From the NCBI RefSeq assembly GCF_009914755.1, contig NC_060932.1: 64,000 nucleotides of DNA; one strand, given 5' to 3'. This document shows, one piece after another, positions 57,633 to 64,000 of the stretch. The DNA is from the human T2T-CHM13v2.0 reference genome, Homo sapiens. The notes under the pieces were generated by a model. The model saw only the letters and a program-made list of their open reading frames with translations, made no database searches and had not been told where the DNA came from. A program made the position numbers and the translations under genes. Each line of letters opens with the position of its first letter. The first letter of the stretch is position 1.

Positions 57633-57977
57633 TTTTCTATCTCCAAGCTCATATGTAAAGGCCATCAACGTGTGTGTGTGGAAATCTCATGAACTCATCT
57701 CCTGCTTCTTAACAAGACATGCTGGTGTTCACCTCTCTGCTGCGCTGACCTGGCTGGAGACATCAGTCCCATCAAGCATGTCCTGTCAGAAAAATAGAAT
57801 TACATCCTAGGTAAGAGAGTGAATTCTTGAACCAAGGCAAGTCTCCTTCTAAATGAGACTCTGCTGCTCATCAAAGCCTTGAGCAGTTAGTCCAAACACG
57901 GAGAGACAACTGTACTTATTTAACATCTATAGTCAAATGGGAGGCCATTGAGGTGCCGTTAATTGAAAGTAAATGAA

Positions 57978-58215
<238 letters not shown>

Positions 58216-59191
58216 CTAAATGAAGAAGGTTTATGGACACACACAGAGTAGAATACATGGGCTGTCAGTGTCCAATGCATTGAGACCCAAGGTCTCTGAG
58301 GTCAAATGTTCCGGGGGTAAGGGTATTCCACATTTAATTACACTGTTTTTTGTGGAGACGGAGAGGGCCTGTCATCTTCCTCTTACTTCCAGGCTGCCTA
58401 AGGATCCTCTCAAGTCACTTGAATGCTTCTGTCTGTACGTGCCCATTCCTGGCCACCCCTGATGGAAATGGTGTCATCACCTCCTAAAAAATCCTTGTTT
58501 GTCTACGAGCACTAACCCTGCCTTGCAATGCCCTGGCCAAGAAAGGGCACATCAACATCTGAAGCAATCTTCCTGCCTGATATAACTAAAATGCTGGGTA
58601 CAATATATTTTTAAAATATTTTAACATTTTTCACTGAGCTATTATGAAGGAAAGAAATGTATAAAAAGCCTAGAAGTTAAACAAACTACAGACCTCTGAG
58701 AGTTTCTTCTGGACCCACCTTGGTAGCCATTTGGGGCAGGAGAAGGAGGGCAGGAGATGAAGCCCAAGGTCCTCCCAAACTGAGAAATCTTACAAGAAAC
58801 ACTCCCACTGGGCTGAAACTCAGGGGGTCAGAGACTATAGCTTCGCCTCGGGGGGACAGAGAAATACATGTATCTCTGCCCCACAGAAAGGGAAGAATGG
58901 ACACATGCAAATCTGAACTCTTACACTCTGGAGAGAGAAAAGTACTGTTGGAAGTTTTCACCAGCCACCCACCTAGACAGAGGTGCCGTCTGAATTCTTC
59001 TTACTTATGTGGCTCAGAAAAGAAAAGTAAGTTTCAATGTTAAGTGCTTTTGATGGATGAAGCCCCCAGTTGCCTGATATCAGCTAGCAGAAATCCTCTC
59101 TGGTAGAACTTCATTTCAACCCAGGCCTCCAGGCCTCCCCCACTCCAGAGTTCTTGCATTAATCTCTACTGAACGTTTAAAACCAGTTTCC

Positions 59192-59790
59192 TATGTTGAC
59201 AGCAGCTTCATCCGTAATTGTCAAAACTTGGAGACATCCAAGATATTCTTCGGCAGGGGAATAGACAAGCAAACTGGGGTACATCCAGGCCATGGAATAT
59301 TATTCAGTGCTAAAAAGAAATGACCTACCAAGCCGTGAAAAGACAGGGTGGAAACTTAAGTGCATATTACTGAAAGAAGCCAATCCGAAAAGGACATAGG
59401 CTGTGTGATTTCAACTCAATGACATTCTGAAAAAGGCAAACACATGAAGACTCCGAAAAGATCAGCAGTTGCCAGGGGTTGGGGGGGGAGGATGGGCTGA
59501 ATAGGCTGAGCACAGAGAATTTTAGGGCAGCGAAATTACTCTGTACAATAACTTCATGGTGGACACAGGTCACTCATTATACATGTCAGAACATCAAGAG
59601 TGAACTCAACGCAAACTATGGCTGCTGAGGACGTGTCAGTGTGGTTCCTGGGGTGTAACAAATGCACCACTCAGGTGGGGATGTTGATAGCGGGCATGGT
59701 GGGGGGATGGGATAGATGGGAATTCTCTTTACATTCTGCTCAGTTTTGCTGTGAACCTAAAACTGCTCTTTAAACAAAAAACAGTTTATT
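59192..59790 (+). mobile_element. L1MC 3' end
   Basis: gcagcttcatccgtaattgtcaaaacttgg...ctcagttttgctgtgaacctaaaactgctct. Confidence 0.85.
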
Positions 59791-62205
59791 AGATGAAAAA
59801 ATTAAAACTTGTTTTTTAAAAAAAAAAACCAGCAGCTTCCCAATGCCCCCACACTGCCCACCGCCCCACTCCAGCCCCCAGTATGTGATTTCACCATTTT
59901 ACGACCTGACTCTCAAAACCAGACAGATGATTGTTCCCCAGAGCATTTTCAAACTATCAAACGCAACCGAACACGCCTTAAACAAGGTGACAGATTATTT
60001 TTTCTTGTGCACAAAGACACACAAGTTCAGGTACCTATGGCTTTTTGTCAACCCATCCTTCCAGAGCCAAGCAGGTCTGCTGACAGGGGCACTGGTGTGA
60101 CAGTCGCCAGCAGCTCCTTACCTGCCGGGACCGAGGGGGAAGGGACAGCTTTACATTAAATTCACTCAGGGAATCAGGCTGAAATTGAAAACGGAATTTC
60201 ACTGGGAGAACGGGATGCTCTGGGACCTTGCTGCAAAACCTGGGACCTGTACAGAAACATCTCTGCCTGGGGCTCCTGGCCTGCCAGGGTGCACCTCTAA
60301 GGAGGCAGAGAATTAAAAGGCCCCTTCCCTCTGCACAGCCTCCTCAATAATCCTGCGAGTTTCCATGAGCATGCAAAGTGCAGCCTTGCAGTGGGCTAGT
60401 GATGAGCGAGGTGTGGAAGGCCTTCTCATGTTACTGCGTGTTTCAGCCCAAAGTTAACTTGGCCCTAGTCCTCAACTGCTTTACAGACTAAGCTCCTGGT
60501 AGGTTTTGAGGCAGCACTCTAGGGCCAGAATACTGAGGACGGGGCTGGGGGAAGCCCCCTCTCCCAATCACAGCATCTTGCACACTGTTTTAATAGACTT
60601 CTGTGCAAAATTTTTGCCTGAAGAAAAGATTGTAATGCCTAATAAAAGTTTCAAACAAATCACCGGAACAGATGACCTGTAAAGTCCATCCGGCTAAAGA
60701 AAAGGAAATCCCGTGTTTCTGTAGATCACATCCATCTAAACGCTTCCAGATCTCTAGATTATTTTTTATAAGCCATTTTCAAAACTTTGGCACAGCTCTA
60801 GCATAGCTTAATATTTTTAAATTATCCTAAAATGCTCACGAAAGACATGTGAAAATGCATTTGCTGGAAATGAGTGAAGGCTTAGAAGGAGACAGTCTTA
60901 AACATAAACCCTGTTTTATTTTCAATCCCACCAGCGGAGATTGTCAAAACCTCTAATGAGCCAGGTGGCACACTGACTAACTGTGCAAGTGTCTCTGACC
61001 CCTGGCACTTGTGTAAGGGGCAGCACTGATGCTGCTCTATCTCATGGGACTGTGACAGAGATTAGTAGGTAGAATGAGTTGTGGATTACAAAGTGGTCAT
61101 GGAAAGAAACTACTATTGTAATACCCATTGAGAACATTATGTTTTCAATTGCTCTTCTAAACCTAAGATGGGTATTATGTGCTAAGTCACCAGTTTCTGT
61201 GACTTCTTTTAAGCCTTATAACAATAAACCAGAGTGGAAAAAACAACTTATCCTTAACTCAAGGAAAGAAGAAGCAAAAGAGAAGAGAGGGGAAGCAGGA
61301 GGAAGAGGAAACGTCAAGAAAGAAAGAGGAAGGCAACAACTATAAATAAAAGAGTTCAAAACACGTTGTGGGTAGGTGGTCACCCTCATCAGAACGCTCC
61401 AGTCAGAGACGTGATGCTACCTCCCATTCTCAAAGAACGAAGACGCTGAAATTAGTTCTGTCCCTCGGCATTCCCTGAGAGACTTCACAATTCCACGCTT
61501 CAGAGGCCAGGATTTATTAAGCAAAGCTTCTCCCGCAGCTGAGGGGCCTCGGTGGTTTGTAAATGACTCCCAGGCTGAGGAGTCCCCGGCAGATCGGAGG
61601 CACGGCCCCAGGAAACAACAGTGACCTCTTCCCAAGCCGCTCCGCTCACGTCTGGGTGCTTCACTCCCATGACGAGCAACCGTGTTTTTCTGTCTTGTTG
61701 CAATTTTCACTTGGCAGATGGATGGGCCAGTAATTGACCCAGATATTTATTTTTAATGTAACTTAGGAAAAAAAAAGAAACCTTTATTCTAAGGCTCTAA
61801 AAATTGTCAGTCATTATGAAGTAATTAAGACCCAGCATATCTCATAAAATTCCTGGAGAAGCTCAACCCCCTGACCCCCCATAAGGTTATTTTCTCATAT
61901 TACATTATGGCTCCATTAGATGTGATTTGAAAACATCAGTGTGGGCACATTCATCAACTGCTTTTGCAATTATGTTTTAAAAACTGCTTGCTATATCAAA
62001 TTCCTCTTAATCTCCCTTCTAAGTCTTTGAGAATATAATCCTAAAACAATGAAAGAATAACCTATTTCTAGTGTTGAATGGGTAAAAGGATGTTTTTATT
62101 ATTGTTCCTTTCCATTTGTTTTCTACTTAAATGCCCTATTTGAATTTTACCACCAAAATTGCTGAAATATTGACACATTTAACTACTTAAAGTCTGTCAG
62201 TCTGT

Positions 62206-62312
62206 TGACCTTTGACCGCTGCACCTGTTCCTCAGCAGTGATTTAAGCTGTTCAAGGAGAGAGGTGAGTTGAACAGCCAAACCAACTATAGAATATTAAA
62301 ATATCAAGGTCA
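62206..62312. promoter_or_regulatory. Candidate nuclear-receptor sites: DR1 (62206-62218) and TCAAGGTCA (62304-62312)
   Basis: TGACCT-T-TGACCG and an extended ERR/NR5A half-site in repeat-poor DNA. Motif match only. Confidence 0.35.
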
Positions 62313-63753
62313 TATGAAGAACACGTAGCACATGCAATAGTCTTTAGAGAGTCCATAAACCATCCAATTCACTCACCCCTTGCCCTTCAATGACAAAGAA
62401 CAGACCCTGACATTATTGGAGTCTTTAGCCAATGGCCTGAAGGGGAAGGAAAGGCACTAAATGCCTCTTTTTACCATTCGAGGACAGCAGGATTGTGGGG
62501 CCCTATGTTTTGCTGCTTGCCAGCCTTCAGTTATTTGAAGCTATAGAAAATCCTCATCCTCTCTGATGTCTAATGCTGGATTTAAATAACTGGGCAAACT
62601 TGGGATACCTCTAGCAAAATGTGCACGTCTCTTTGGTTTCAACTTTGAACTACCTATCAGCATACAGGGTTCATACCTACGTGAGTATGAGAGACCACAT
62701 GATTTCGCCTAGATACTGCCAGAGAACCCCCATAGAGTCACTCAAATTTTAGAACCGGTGGATGAAGGACCTATGTGATGGTGAAAAATTGCTCTGAATT
62801 CAATAGCACTGGCTGAGTGCATGTTTTACTTATTGCAATGCCATCACCCTTGTATACTGTAAACTGGAGCAGGTGCGTACTAGGTTATTATATGTAAGGT
62901 CTGCAGCCCATGCTTCGTGGACAAATCAATTTGCAGTCCACTTGCCCTGATTCTGCAGGCCCAGGCAGTCCCCAGCCCAGGCCAGGAAGCCAATTTGCAG
63001 AAGCTTGAAAGGGAGGGAGGTGAGGGAGCAAGGATACCACTCCCCAGTTCAATGACTTCCTTTCTTAGTCCTAAGTCCTGGGCTCCTGCAGGCGCTCTTT
63101 ACCGTCACACCCTTAGCTCTGCTACTGGCCATCGCAGACAGGACTTAAAGCATCTAGCAGACACAAGAACTATCTATCAGGAAACCCCAGGACTCAATAC
63201 TGGTGAAAAAATCCAGCCTAACAGAAATGATAAACAGGAACCAAATGACAAAACTATGATCTCTTCACATCTTAACATTTCCCACTCCAAAGCCACCCCT
63301 ACTCTGAATCCTTGACCGTCCACCTCACTGAGAGGAGCAGAATGGGTGTACGATTCGAACTTCTTTTGGGTGTTCTAGTCACACTGTGATCTGAGAAGAC
63401 AAGCACATTTTCAACCCTTCTAATAAAATCTCTCAAATCACTTCATCTCTCTCAGCCTCAGTTCCCTTACTCGACAAAGAAAGCAGTCTTGGAGGTTTCC
63501 CAACATTCTTAGTAACTTTTCAAAATAAGGTTATTAGTCAGGACATCAACATATAATACAGCTGAAAGCTGTGAATGGCCTCTCCAAGCAGCTTGAATCT
63601 TACCGAGTTCAAACATCATTACCTCTGGAGCTCCTGCAGAACCCTTCTGAAAGCCTGAGGGTTCCATGGTCACCCAGTTTGAAAGCTGTTGTATTGGAAG
63701 ATGGTTAAGGCCCTTCTAGGTCTCAAATGCTTTGACGTCCCCATGACCTATGT

Positions 63754-63766
63754 CCCCCCCCCCCCC
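63754..63766. repeat. Poly(C)13 homopolymer
   Basis: Read directly. Confidence 0.95.
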
Positions 63767-64000
63767 ACCATGTCAACCCTTCAGAGGGGTGCCGATGGTA
63801 GAGAAGCCAAGCTTGCTATTTCTGGTGATTGAGGTTTACAATAAACAAAACCAGCTGTTTTCTCATTACCTATACTTTTTCTTCAGGCAATGGGTCCATT
63901 CACTGAACTAATCTGTCTTGCATAGCTGCTTGGATGTGGGTGTGGGGAAGATGGTTGGGTGAGCAGATATCTTTGGTCCTAAGGGTATGAGTCAAGGGTC

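Noticed and set aside
59677-59720. G-quadruplex-like G-runs
   Set aside because: Part of the G-rich tract of the L1MC 3' UTR; common and uninformative.

Overview
Primate (most likely human or great ape) intronic DNA from inside the methionine sulfoxide reductase A gene (MSRA, 8p23.1), which lies on the - strand of this window. One coding exon is present: 13579-13683, 105 nt, phase 1-1, encoding (E)[34 protein letters not shown](G). The rest is intron: 13 Alu-family elements, old L1M/L1PB fragments, L2, MIR, MaLR/ERVL LTRs (THE1, MLT1, MLT2, LTR41/33-like), DNA transposon remnants (MER5, MER112, Tigger), microsatellites and some repeat-poor islands. The other listed ORFs look spurious or repeat-derived. 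I found no new multi-gene system. The best leads are a perfect 23-bp hairpin in an old L1, a three-arm chimeric Alu near the exon, a candidate recursive splice site, weak splice sites with RBFOX and poly(A) motifs around the exon, nuclear-receptor and CTCF motifs, and a Tigger carrying nested insertions. Repeat subfamilies and boundaries were assigned by eye from remembered consensus sequences and are approximate.
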